Source of the DNA: Bacteroidales bacterium
GTDB taxonomy: Bacteria > Bacteroidota > Bacteroidia > Bacteroidales > VadinHA17
DNA: 64,000 bases
NCBI GenBank assembly: GCA_029932855.1
Contig: JAOZPG010000014.1
Location: forward strand, 477-64,476
Direction of reading: 5' to 3'
Under the pieces are notes generated by a model. It saw only the letters and a program-made list of their open reading frames with translations, ran no database searches and was not told the DNA's origin. Below, one piece after another: positions 36,362 to 44,623 of the stretch (within the stretch, counting starts at the first letter, position 1; each line of letters starts with the position of its first letter). A program made the position numbers and the translations under genes.

Positions 36362-37622
36362 ATTCATTTTATATTTGTTTGAATCAGGCTTAAGCCTGGC
36401 AGTCCTGTTTACTATTTACTGGGTGTTTCTCAAAAAGGACACTTACTTTAACAGGAACCGCTTATACCTGTCTTTATCTGTGCTGCTTGCATTGATCATT
36501 CCTTTACTGAATATACCCATTACAACACGCATAGGTAATATTGCACGCTTTATTGATCTTGAAGAAGTATTAATAAGGCCACAGGCTGGTCCCTCCTTAC
36601 CGTCTGTACTGATGGCAAAATCGGTCAGCCTGGCAATACTGATATACTTAACAGGACTTAGTTTCTTTAGCGGCATACTGGCATTTCGTCTTTTTCAAAT
36701 ATGGAAATGGGCCATAAAAGGAGAAACAAGCATTCATGCTAATATCAGGATTACCAGGATAAATGATAATATATCACCATTTTCATTTTTTAACCGGATT
36801 TATATACCTAAAGAATGTTGCAACGAAAAAATGTTTAACGATATTCTGAATCACGAAAAAATACATATTCAGCAATTTCACTCATTAGACATTATTCTCG
36901 TTGAACTCCTGATCATTTTTCAATGGTTTAACCCCTTTGTATGGCTTTACAGGTCCACATTCAAGGAAATACATGAGTACACGGCCGACTCACTATTATT
37001 GAAAAACGGCACCAGTATAAAAGATTATCAAAATATGATAATGAACCAGGTTCTTGGGATACAGTTCTTTCCCCTCGGTAATAATTTTAACAAATCATTA
37101 ATAAAAAAACGTATAATCATGATGTCAAAAAATAAAAGTTCAATACTTACTAACATGAAGCTATTAATAATGTTTCCCGCCTTAATCGCATTGGTATTCG
37201 CATTCTCCTGTTCCAAGAATGAAAGATCGCTAAACAATGAATCACAGAATAGCAATGACGAAATACTTACAACATCACCCGGGGCATCCTTAGCTCAGGA
37301 CGATTTATTCTTTATCGTTGAAGAAATGCCAAAATTTGGAGAGCAGGAAGGGATGGATGACTTCAATCAATATATTGCCACAAACCTGAAATACCCCAGG
37401 AAAGCAGCGAAGAAAGGTATTTCAGGAAAGGTATTTGTACAGTTCATTGTGGAAAAAGACGGTTCAGTTAGTAATGTAAAGGTAGTCAGGGGGATTGATC
37501 CTCTACTGGATGCAGAAGCTGCAAGAGTTATTGAAGCATCCCCGAAATGGACAGCAGGCAAGCAAAGAGGACAAAAAGTGAGAGTGAACTACACCTTACC
37601 TATTAATTTTGCCCTGGAGTAA
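36354..37622 (+). CDS. M56 (BlaR1-type) membrane metalloprotease-like sensor fused to a C-terminal TonB_C domain
   Basis: 422 aa and polytopic at the N-terminus. It has the zinc motif HEKIH (LNHEKIHIQQFH) plus downstream EIHEYTAD, a further TM segment, then EEMPKFGEQEG...YPRKAAKKGISGKVFVQFIVEKDGSVSNVKVVRGIDPLLDAEAARVI...WTAGKQRGQKVRVNYTLPINF, typical of TonB C-terminal domains. Confidence 0.8.
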   Translation: MNKFILYLFESGLSLAVLFTIYWVFLKKDTYFNRNRLYLSLSVLLALIIPLLNIPITTRIGNIARFIDLEEVLIRPQAGPSLPSVLMAKSVSLAILIYLTGLSFFSGILAFRLFQIWKWAIKGETSIHANIRITRINDNISPFSFFNRIYIPKECCNEKMFNDILNHEKIHIQQFHSLDIILVELLIIFQWFNPFVWLYRSTFKEIHEYTADSLLLKNGTSIKDYQNMIMNQVLGIQFFPLGNNFNKSLIKKRIIMMSKNKSSILTNMKLLIMFPALIALVFAFSCSKNERSLNNESQNSNDEILTTSPGASLAQDDLFFIVEEMPKFGEQEGMDDFNQYIATNLKYPRKAAKKGISGKVFVQFIVEKDGSVSNVKVVRGIDPLLDAEAARVIEASPKWTAGKQRGQKVRVNYTLPINFALE

Positions 37623-37640
37623 AACAATAATATCACTATA

Positions 37641-37675
37641 AAACCACATCAATTAAATTTGCTGTGGTTTTTTTA
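37641..37675 (+). terminator. possible rho-independent terminator after the M56-TonB gene
   Basis: Stem AAACCACA / TGTGGTTT with a 14-nt loop, followed by a T-run. The loop is larger than ideal. Confidence 0.45.
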
Positions 37676-37984
37676 TGTTTTATATTTGGCAGCAGTAAAA
37701 AAAAGATTGTCCTGGAAAACCTGAACTTAATAATAGTTGCATTTATAACCCTTGTGATAAACCTGCCTTTTGGCTACTGGAGAAAAATTGCCAGGACAAA
37801 ATCAACAGGCTGGTTCCTGGCTATTCATATTCCTGTACTGATGGTGATAGGAATGACCTTTCTTTTCGATATCGGCTATGCCTGGTATACTTTTGTAGCA
37901 AAGATTGCTGCATTCGTACTGGGACAATGGCTTGGCGGACGATATATTAAAATTAAGACAAAAGAGCCAAAGCTCCGGAATTAG
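37664..37984 (+). CDS. small hypothetical membrane protein (start codon uncertain)
   Basis: 106-aa track ORF with 2-3 hydrophobic segments (LIIVAFITLVINLPFGYW, WFLAIHIPVLMVIGMTFLF, FVAKIAAFVLGQWLGG). The only upstream start is a GTG inside the putative terminator stem, and there is no in-frame ATG before residue ~64. Confidence 0.35.
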   Translation: MVFLCFIFGSSKKKIVLENLNLIIVAFITLVINLPFGYWRKIARTKSTGWFLAIHIPVLMVIGMTFLFDIGYAWYTFVAKIAAFVLGQWLGGRYIKIKTKEPKLRN

Positions 37985-38025
37985 TGTAAAAATTCAATAG
38001 CTTTATATCTTAATTCAGGCAATAT

Positions 38026-39045
38026 ATGGCTCTATCCCTTCAGTCGAGAATAAATGGATTTGTTAAGGCAGGAGAAGTCTTAAGGAATCTTTGTTCGGGT
38101 AAGACAACTTCTAAACTGCAATCTGCACTTGAAATAGCCGAAAAAACAAATAAGTGGTTTACCCCCGGGAATGTTATGCACAGGCTCAGATCAGTTGCAA
38201 GCTCACTCGAAGAGGAACAGCTACACGAATGGCTGGATAATTATCCCCGGCTCAAAAGAAACAGGAAAAGCAGGAAAGTAGGAACCATAGTTGCCGCAAA
38301 TATCCCTCTTGTAGGTTTTGATGACCTGGCTGCAGTCCTGCTTACAAACAATATCCTCATAATCAAAGTCTCACGCAGGGAGGGCGGTCTGCTAAGATTC
38401 ATCAGCGACATACTTATTGAATCGGAGCCCGGCTTTAAAAATCAGATTGTTTTTGTTACAACAGAGCTGCATAATACAGACGCCCTTATAGCAACAGGTT
38501 CGGATAATACTTCCCGGTATTTCGATTATAAATACTCTGCACTGCCTTCACTGCTACGCAAGAACAGGAATGGCATTGCCATAATTGGTGGTTCTGAAAG
38601 TCCGAAAGAGATTGAACTTCTTGGACAGGATGTTTTTCTTTACTTCGGACTTGGCTGCAGAAGCATATCAAAAATATATATTCCTGCAGGTTATGACCCC
38701 GGGAAGCTCTTATATCACTGGGAAAAATACAAGGATATAACAAAACATCAGGGATACCATAATAATTATAAATACCAGCTTGCAATATCAAAAATGAACA
38801 ATGAGAGATATTTAGACACAGGCTACCTAATACTTAAAGAAAATACAGGTATATCTTCTCCCATTGCCAGCCTTTATTTCGAGGAATATAAACCCGGGCA
38901 TGCAGAAGACTTCATTGACCTGTATAAAGAAAGGATACAGTGCATTGTCGGGAGAAATCATATCCCATTTGGTAAAGCCCAGGAACCCGGCTGGCTTGAT
39001 TATGCAGACGGCATAGACAGCATCAGGTTTCTGAGCTCTTTATAG
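38026..39045 (+). CDS. acyl-CoA reductase, LuxC-like family
   Basis: 339 aa. AANIPLVGFDDLAAVL, ATGSDNTSRYFDYKY, LRKNRNGIAIIGG and DVFLYFGLGCRSISKIYIP match my memory of the ~340-aa Bacteroidota LuxC-like proteins. Needs HMM confirmation. Confidence 0.65.
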   Translation: MALSLQSRINGFVKAGEVLRNLCSGKTTSKLQSALEIAEKTNKWFTPGNVMHRLRSVASSLEEEQLHEWLDNYPRLKRNRKSRKVGTIVAANIPLVGFDDLAAVLLTNNILIIKVSRREGGLLRFISDILIESEPGFKNQIVFVTTELHNTDALIATGSDNTSRYFDYKYSALPSLLRKNRNGIAIIGGSESPKEIELLGQDVFLYFGLGCRSISKIYIPAGYDPGKLLYHWEKYKDITKHQGYHNNYKYQLAISKMNNERYLDTGYLILKENTGISSPIASLYFEEYKPGHAEDFIDLYKERIQCIVGRNHIPFGKAQEPGWLDYADGIDSIRFLSSL

Positions 39046-39098
39046 TTGTTAATTTAAAAATTTAGTAAATTGTATTCAAAACCTGTTTTAAAACTGCA

Positions 39099-39599
39099 AT
39101 GACATACACATTCAGAATCCTTTTTAACGAAGAAGAAGACTTCCTGCTTGAGCTTAAGATCGGCTCAACTAAGAATTTCCTGGAATTAAATTCTTACCTG
39201 CAGATGGTCCTCAAGTTCGATAAAAGGCAAATGACCTCTTTTTATCTCACCAATAATGAATGGGAAAAAGAACTCGAAATTACGCTTATGGATATTGATG
39301 ATGATTTGGGAATATTGAATATGGAGAATTGTATCCTTGGCGATTACCTGGCGAAAACAGGCGACCGCCTGCTCTATATCTTTGATTTTTTTGAGGAAAG
39401 AGCACTTAACCTGGAGCTGATCGTCATTGACGAGACCGACGAGGAGACTGATGCAGAGATATTGAAACTGGAAGGCAAGGCTCCTGAACAGAATCAGCTT
39501 CCGGAGATAAATCCAGACTTATCTTTCGAAGACCTGAAAGATGACGACACTTATGATGATGAAATAAGCTTTGAATCTATAGATGACCTTGATATCTGA
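39099..39599 (+). CDS. hypothetical protein, possible pRiA4b-ORF3-like (MM3350-like) fold with a highly acidic C-terminal tail
   Basis: 166 aa. FRILFNEEEDFLLELKIGSTKNFLELNSYLQMVLKFD...SFYL and LLYIFDFFEERALNLELI resemble that family's pattern. The last ~60 aa are about 40% Asp/Glu. Confidence 0.5.
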   Translation: MTYTFRILFNEEEDFLLELKIGSTKNFLELNSYLQMVLKFDKRQMTSFYLTNNEWEKELEITLMDIDDDLGILNMENCILGDYLAKTGDRLLYIFDFFEERALNLELIVIDETDEETDAEILKLEGKAPEQNQLPEINPDLSFEDLKDDDTYDDEISFESIDDLDI

Positions 39600-39614
39600 T
39601 CCCTTCGCCCTTAT

Positions 39615-40514
39615 ATGAACAATAGCCTCATCTCAGTACTCGGACCCACTGCTACCGGCAAAACAAAGCTGGCAATAGAGCTTGCCACAAGGCTGGGAAC
39701 AGAGATCATCTCTTCCGATTCGCGCCAGATGTACCACGAAATGAAAATCGGAACTGCAATGCCTTCACCTGAAGAATTAAGTTCTGTTCCACATCATTTT
39801 ATAGGCAATCTTTCAATCAGTGATTACTATAATGCAAGTATTTACGAGCTTGAGGTATTGACTCTGCTGAGTAAACTGTTCAAAAAATTCAGCTATGTAG
39901 TAATGGTTGGCGGTTCAGGTATGTATATAGATGCTATATGTAAGGGCATTGACGATCTGCCTGCCGTTGACCGGGATATCAGGGAAAAACTTCAGTTACG
40001 CTATAAAACCGAAGGAATAGAAAGCCTGAGGATACAGTTAAAAATGCTGGATCCCGATTATTACAATACTGTTGACCTGAGAAATCCAAACAGGATATTA
40101 AAGGGACTTGAAATATCGATACAAACCGGGAAACCTTACTCTTCCTTCCTTACAAGAAAAAATAAAAAAAGAGATTTCAGAATAATAAAGATAGGCCTGG
40201 ATATGCCTCGTGAACAGCTTTACGAAAGAATAAATTACAGGCTTGACCGTATGATAGAAGAAGGATTGGTGGAAGAAGCCCGCGAACTTTATCCCTATCG
40301 ATCACTCAATGCCCTCAACACCGTGGGATACAAGGAGCTTTTCTCTTATTTCGATGGAGAAATAAGCCTTGAAAAGGCTGTAGAACTTATTAAACGGAAC
40401 AGCCGCCATTTTGCCAAGAGGCAGCTTACATGGTTCAGGCGCGATAAGGAAATAAACTGGATACTGCCAGGCGAATATGAAAAAGCTATTGAGATAATAA
40501 GAAGATCAGAATAA
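39615..40514 (+). CDS. miaA: tRNA dimethylallyltransferase
   Basis: 299 aa. Motifs: ISVLGPTATGKTKLAIELA (P-loop), SSDSRQMYHEMKIGTA, RHFAKRQLTWFRR. Confidence 0.93.
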   Translation: MNNSLISVLGPTATGKTKLAIELATRLGTEIISSDSRQMYHEMKIGTAMPSPEELSSVPHHFIGNLSISDYYNASIYELEVLTLLSKLFKKFSYVVMVGGSGMYIDAICKGIDDLPAVDRDIREKLQLRYKTEGIESLRIQLKMLDPDYYNTVDLRNPNRILKGLEISIQTGKPYSSFLTRKNKKRDFRIIKIGLDMPREQLYERINYRLDRMIEEGLVEEARELYPYRSLNALNTVGYKELFSYFDGEISLEKAVELIKRNSRHFAKRQLTWFRRDKEINWILPGEYEKAIEIIRRSE

Positions 40515-40545
40515 AAAAGCTGAAAAGCCTGAAAAAAATAAGATT

Positions 40546-40998
40546 ATGGATATCAAACATTTTATAATACGGGTCTATGCCCTCATTATCAATGAGAAAG
40601 AAGAAATACTGCTAAGTGATGAATACCGCCTTGGAATGAAGATGACCAAGTTCCCAGGCGGAGGCATGGAATTTGGCGAGGGGCCCACAGACTGTTTAAA
40701 GCGGGAAGCAATAGAAGAATTTGGCCAGGAAATAAATATACTGGATCATTTTTACACTACTGATATTTTTCAAAAAGCATTCTTTTTTGATGAGCATCAG
40801 CTCTTAAGCATCTACTATATGGCTGAATTTAAGGAAAAGCCCGGTTTCAGGATATCCGGCAGGGCTTTCGATTTCGACGAAATGATGGATGGAAGCCAGT
40901 CTTTCAGATGGGTCCCCATTAAAAAACTGAATGATACTGATCTCAGCTTTCCCCTGGATAAAAAAGTACTTATACTCTTAAAAGAGCAATACCGCTAA
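40546..40998 (+). CDS. NUDIX hydrolase
   Basis: 150 aa. Nudix box GGGMEFGEGPTDCLKREAIEEFG. Confidence 0.85.
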   Translation: MDIKHFIIRVYALIINEKEEILLSDEYRLGMKMTKFPGGGMEFGEGPTDCLKREAIEEFGQEINILDHFYTTDIFQKAFFFDEHQLLSIYYMAEFKEKPGFRISGRAFDFDEMMDGSQSFRWVPIKKLNDTDLSFPLDKKVLILLKEQYR

Positions 40999-41012
40999 GA
41001 TAACAGCTATCA

Positions 41013-42140
41013 TTAAATACTCAAAGACTTATAAAGTTCCTCTACCCTGCCGGTAAATATATCCCAGCTGTATTTCATCTTTTCCCTCTTCACCCCTTCC
41101 GAAAATTCCCGGTAACGATTATTGTCGAAAAAATCTGCTATGGCAGCAGCAATCTGTCCCTCATCTTTCTCTACAATATATCCCACTCTCCCATCCGGCA
41201 CATATTCACTCAATCCACCCACATTTGTCACAAGCATAGGCATATTATAATTGTATGCCACCTGGGTTATCCCGCTTTGAGTAGCTGTATGGTATGTTTG
41301 TGCAACCAGGCTTGCCGCAGCAAAATAATACCTGATCTCCGAAGCAGGAATAAACTTATTTATCAGCACTACCCTGCCGCCAAGCTTATGCTCCTTAATT
41401 AGGCTGTGGTAAATGCCGGGATCATCATAAAACTCACCTGCAACAATCAGCCTTATGTCTTTCCCCTTTAAACTATTGTCTGCAAAAGACCTTAACAGCA
41501 GGTCAAGTCCCTTATACTTACGAACCAGTCCGAAAAACAAAACATAGTTTTGCCGGCTGTCAAGACCAAGGAAATCACAGGCTTCTGCCTTGCTTACTGT
41601 TTCGCCTGGTTTACCCACAAGGGGATGGGGAGTAAAAAGTACATTTCCGAAGCCAAGACTTTCAAGTTGCTGCTTAACCGTATTTGAAAAGACTATAAAA
41701 CCGTCATTCTTTCTTATTAAATAGTTTGTAAGAAGCCTGTCGAGAGGCCTCTTCTCATGAGGGTACAAATTATCAACCAGGGTAAATATTTTAATCTTCT
41801 TATCCAGGAAACGAGCAATTGTGCCAAAAGCGGGAGCCATAAAAGGTATCCAATGCCTGAATATCACCAGGTCGGGCTCCAGTTTATTTATTTTAGCGGC
41901 AGTCTTTATCCAGTTCAACGGATTCAATGAATGTATCCATAAGCTTATTTCCAGTCCCTCCGGGTCAGGATCTTCACTCATTTGTGTCTTCCCGGGGAAA
42001 AGAAACCCGGGATACTGCATACTGAAACTTACAATATTTACTACGTGGCCGGCATCCATGAATGACCTGCACATGGCTTCATTTGTATCAGCAATACCCC
42101 CTCTGAATGGATAGGCCGGTCCAATTATCGTAATTCGCAT
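41013..42140 (-). CDS. glycosyltransferase, GT4 family (GT-B fold)
   Basis: 375 aa. N-terminus MRITIIGPAYPFRGGIA; C-terminal retaining-GT4-type region GLVRKYKGLD...VAGE...SGITQVAYNYNMPMLVTNVGGLSEYV. Confidence 0.8.
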   Translation of the reverse strand: MRITIIGPAYPFRGGIADTNEAMCRSFMDAGHVVNIVSFSMQYPGFLFPGKTQMSEDPDPEGLEISLWIHSLNPLNWIKTAAKINKLEPDLVIFRHWIPFMAPAFGTIARFLDKKIKIFTLVDNLYPHEKRPLDRLLTNYLIRKNDGFIVFSNTVKQQLESLGFGNVLFTPHPLVGKPGETVSKAEACDFLGLDSRQNYVLFFGLVRKYKGLDLLLRSFADNSLKGKDIRLIVAGEFYDDPGIYHSLIKEHKLGGRVVLINKFIPASEIRYYFAAASLVAQTYHTATQSGITQVAYNYNMPMLVTNVGGLSEYVPDGRVGYIVEKDEGQIAAAIADFFDNNRYREFSEGVKREKMKYSWDIFTGRVEELYKSLSI

Positions 42141-42155
42141 CAGGTAAAATATATA

Positions 42156-43109
42156 TTACAGGTTAACCAGCTTATCCACCTGGTAAACATTCCTGTCTGA
42201 TGAGCTCCTGCTTATCAGCTCCCCGAGGAAACCTGCCAGGAACAGCTGGGTACCAATGATCATTGCAAACAGGGCAAGGTAAAAGTAGGGAGTATCAGTT
42301 ACCAGTGGGGCGATGATACCATGACTCATCAGGTATAATTTTCTTGCTCCCACCCATACTGTGGCAAGAAAACCTATAAAAAACATCAGTGTACCCAGGA
42401 AACCAAACAAGTGCATTGGTTTTTTTCCGAACCTGGTAATAAAGGTAACAGATATCAGGTCGAGATAACCATTTATAAAACGCTCAATACCAAATTTGGT
42501 AACCCCGTATTTCCTTTTCTGGTGCTGTACAACCTGCTCACCTATCAGGTTAAAGCCTGCCTGCTTTGCAAGTACCGGTATGTAACGATGCATCTCTCCG
42601 TATATCTCTATGCTTTTAACCAGGTTATGCCTGTATGCTTTCAGTCCGCAATTAAAATCATGAAGCTTTATTCCTGTAGCCTTCCGGGCTGTCCAGTTAA
42701 AGAATTTACTGGGAATGGTCTTGGATATGGGATCATATCTTTTCTTCTTCCAGCCCGATACAAGGTCCAGGCCTTCTGCCTGTATCTTATTGTATAAACC
42801 GGGGATCTCATCGGGGCTGTCCTGCAGGTCGGCATCCATGGTAATTATAACTTCCCCTGAAGCAGCATCAAAGCCATGATGTAATGCTGCCGATTTCCCG
42901 TAGTTTCTTCTGAATTTAACCCCTTTAATCCTTTTGTCCTTAGTGCTCATCTCTTCAATTAACTCCCATGAGCCGTCATTGCTTCCGTCATCAATAAGAA
43001 TTATCTCAAAATCATATTTCTCTGCAAGGCAAACCCTTGTTATCCATTCAACAAGCTCAGGTAATGATTCTACCTCGTTATAAAGAGGAACTACTACGGA
43101 AATGTCCAT
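42156..43109 (-). CDS. GT2-family polyprenyl-phosphate glycosyltransferase (GtrB/ArnC/DPM1-like)
   Basis: 317 aa. Motifs VVVPLYNE, IILIDDGSNDGS and ITMDADLQD, plus two C-terminal TM helices (HLFGFLGTLMFFIGFLATVWV, YFYLALFAMIIGTQLFLAGFLGE), the architecture of lipid-phosphate sugar synthases. Confidence 0.85.
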   Translation of the reverse strand: MDISVVVPLYNEVESLPELVEWITRVCLAEKYDFEIILIDDGSNDGSWELIEEMSTKDKRIKGVKFRRNYGKSAALHHGFDAASGEVIITMDADLQDSPDEIPGLYNKIQAEGLDLVSGWKKKRYDPISKTIPSKFFNWTARKATGIKLHDFNCGLKAYRHNLVKSIEIYGEMHRYIPVLAKQAGFNLIGEQVVQHQKRKYGVTKFGIERFINGYLDLISVTFITRFGKKPMHLFGFLGTLMFFIGFLATVWVGARKLYLMSHGIIAPLVTDTPYFYLALFAMIIGTQLFLAGFLGELISRSSSDRNVYQVDKLVNL

Positions 43110-43142
43110 ATATCTTAAACTATTCTTGTAATACTAATAATA

Positions 43143-43688
43143 CTATTCTGCCGCTTCAGTTGTCTCAACCGGATTTTTTTCTCCTTCATTCTTCATGAAT
43201 ATGCCAAGTATCAGTGAAAAGATGAAAGCCATGAATGGTGAACTGAACAGTCCCATTGCAGCCATAATATAAGGATTAAGAAACTTTTTTGTTAACTTCA
43301 TTGCCACTTCTATCTGTCCTTCGGAAACACCCTGCTCAAGCATCTTATTTTCTGAAATAGCATATAACTTATTTACCAGGTCGGGATCAATGAACTTATA
43401 CAGTAGTATGGTAAACAGCCCGCTTATAACTGCAGAATACAGTCCTATAATAACACCTGCTCCAAGCACCTGGCCATATGTGATATATCCTCCAAGAAAT
43501 GTATCCCTGTATGCTTTTATTCCCAGGAAAAGTACAACTACCATTATTATCATAGAAATATAACCCAGTTTCTGGTTACCAATCTGGTCAAGAAAATAAA
43601 GTACAGTCGAAAAAATGATCATTGAGAAACCCATTATGAGACCCCAGTTAAAATTCCCTTTCCATGGCGATACCTTTTGATTTTCCAT
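43143..43688 (-). CDS. DUF4199-family membrane protein
   Basis: 181 aa with four hydrophobic segments. The N-terminus NFNWGLIMGFSMIIFSTVLYFLD matches the DUF4199 pattern as I recall it. It is first in an apparent three-gene operon with the GT2 and GT4 genes. Confidence 0.65.
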   Translation of the reverse strand: MENQKVSPWKGNFNWGLIMGFSMIIFSTVLYFLDQIGNQKLGYISMIIMVVVLFLGIKAYRDTFLGGYITYGQVLGAGVIIGLYSAVISGLFTILLYKFIDPDLVNKLYAISENKMLEQGVSEGQIEVAMKLTKKFLNPYIMAAMGLFSSPFMAFIFSLILGIFMKNEGEKNPVETTEAAE

Positions 43689-43824
43689 TATTTAAAACAT
43701 TTGATTAATAAACATATCTTTCATAATTATAGTTGTAAATATACATAAACAGCATTAATCCTGCTAACAATTACAATTATTATAGATTCATACTTCTTCT
43801 GCTTGTCATCCATTGAAAATTTAG

Positions 43825-43832
43825 TACTTTTG
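43825..43832 (+). promoter_or_regulatory. Bacteroidota -7 box (TACTTTTG) for SRP RNA
   Basis: Exact TAnnTTTG match, ending 2 nt before the first base of the closing helix of the RNA. Confidence 0.6.
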
Positions 43833-43833
43833 C

Positions 43834-43936
43834 AGTGGGTAAGTCTTATACGACCAGCTCCTGCTGAACTCCCCCAGGACCGGAAGGTAGCAAGGGTAGG
43901 CGGTTGTAGCGGTGCGATATAAGTAGCTTACCCACT
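43834..43936 (+). ncRNA. ffs: signal recognition particle RNA, small (4.5S) bacterial type
   Basis: Terminal helix AGTGGGTAAG / CTTACCCACT. The conserved domain IV core is CCAGGACCGGAAGGTAGCAAGGGTA (compare E. coli CAGGUCCGGAAGGAAGCAGC). A T8 run follows. Ends are approximate (+/- 5 nt). Confidence 0.85.
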
Positions 43937-43966
43937 TTTTTTTATATATTTATAAAAAAATAAAGC

Positions 43967-44623
43967 ATGAAATTTTTTATCGATACTGCAAATCTTGATC
44001 AGATCAAAGAAGCCAATGACCTGGGAATACTTGATGGCGTTACTACAAATCCCTCACTTATGGCCAGGGAAGGGATTAAGGGAGAAAAGGGATTTATTGA
44101 CCATTATATTAAGATTTGCAATATTGTTGACGGGGATGTCAGTGCCGAGGTAATCGCCACCGATTACCAGGGAATGATAAAAGAGGGAGAAGCCCTGGCT
44201 GCATTACATCCCAATATAGTGGTTAAGGTTCCTGCCATCAAAAACGGTATTAAAGCCGTGAAATACTTTTCAGATAATAATATTCGTAGCAACTGCACCC
44301 TTATCTTTTCTCCCGGGCAGGCATTGCTGGCAGCAAAGGCAGGAGCCACATATGTTTCTCCTTTTGTTGGCAGGCTGGATGATATTTCTTCAGACGGTGT
44401 GGAGCTGGTTGCACAGATCGTTGATATATTTGACACATACGGCTATGAATCGCAGGTAATAGCTGCATCGATCAGGCACACTATGCATATTATCCAATGC
44501 ATGGATGCAGGCGCCCATGTGGCCACATGCCCCCTGAATGCAATCCTTGGTCTTTTAAAACATCCTCTTACCGATATTGGCGTTGAGAAATTCCTGGCCG
44601 ATCACAGGAAGCTTAATAAATAA
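43967..44623 (+). CDS. tal: transaldolase / fructose-6-phosphate aldolase (short, subfamily 3B type)
   Basis: 218 aa. Motifs: MKFFIDTANLDQIKE, GVTTNPSL, VKVPA (Schiff-base Lys), SPFVGR. Confidence 0.9.
   Translation: MKFFIDTANLDQIKEANDLGILDGVTTNPSLMAREGIKGEKGFIDHYIKICNIVDGDVSAEVIATDYQGMIKEGEALAALHPNIVVKVPAIKNGIKAVKYFSDNNIRSNCTLIFSPGQALLAAKAGATYVSPFVGRLDDISSDGVELVAQIVDIFDTYGYESQVIAASIRHTMHIIQCMDAGAHVATCPLNAILGLLKHPLTDIGVEKFLADHRKLNK

Noticed and set aside
35993-36367. 124-aa ORF fully antisense to the BlaI-like repressor gene
   Set aside because: The BlaI frame has a clear family signature. The antisense translation is low-complexity (F/I/K/H-rich) and is typical of an AT-rich shadow ORF.
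37697-37704. A8 homopolymer near the start of the small membrane ORF as a slipped-strand phase-variation switch linking the upstream ATG (37675) to the main frame
   Set aside because: The ATG-initiated frame (MFYIWQQ) already terminates at TAA 37696-37698, at the beginning of the A-run. Changes in the length of the tract therefore cannot fuse it to the downstream frame.
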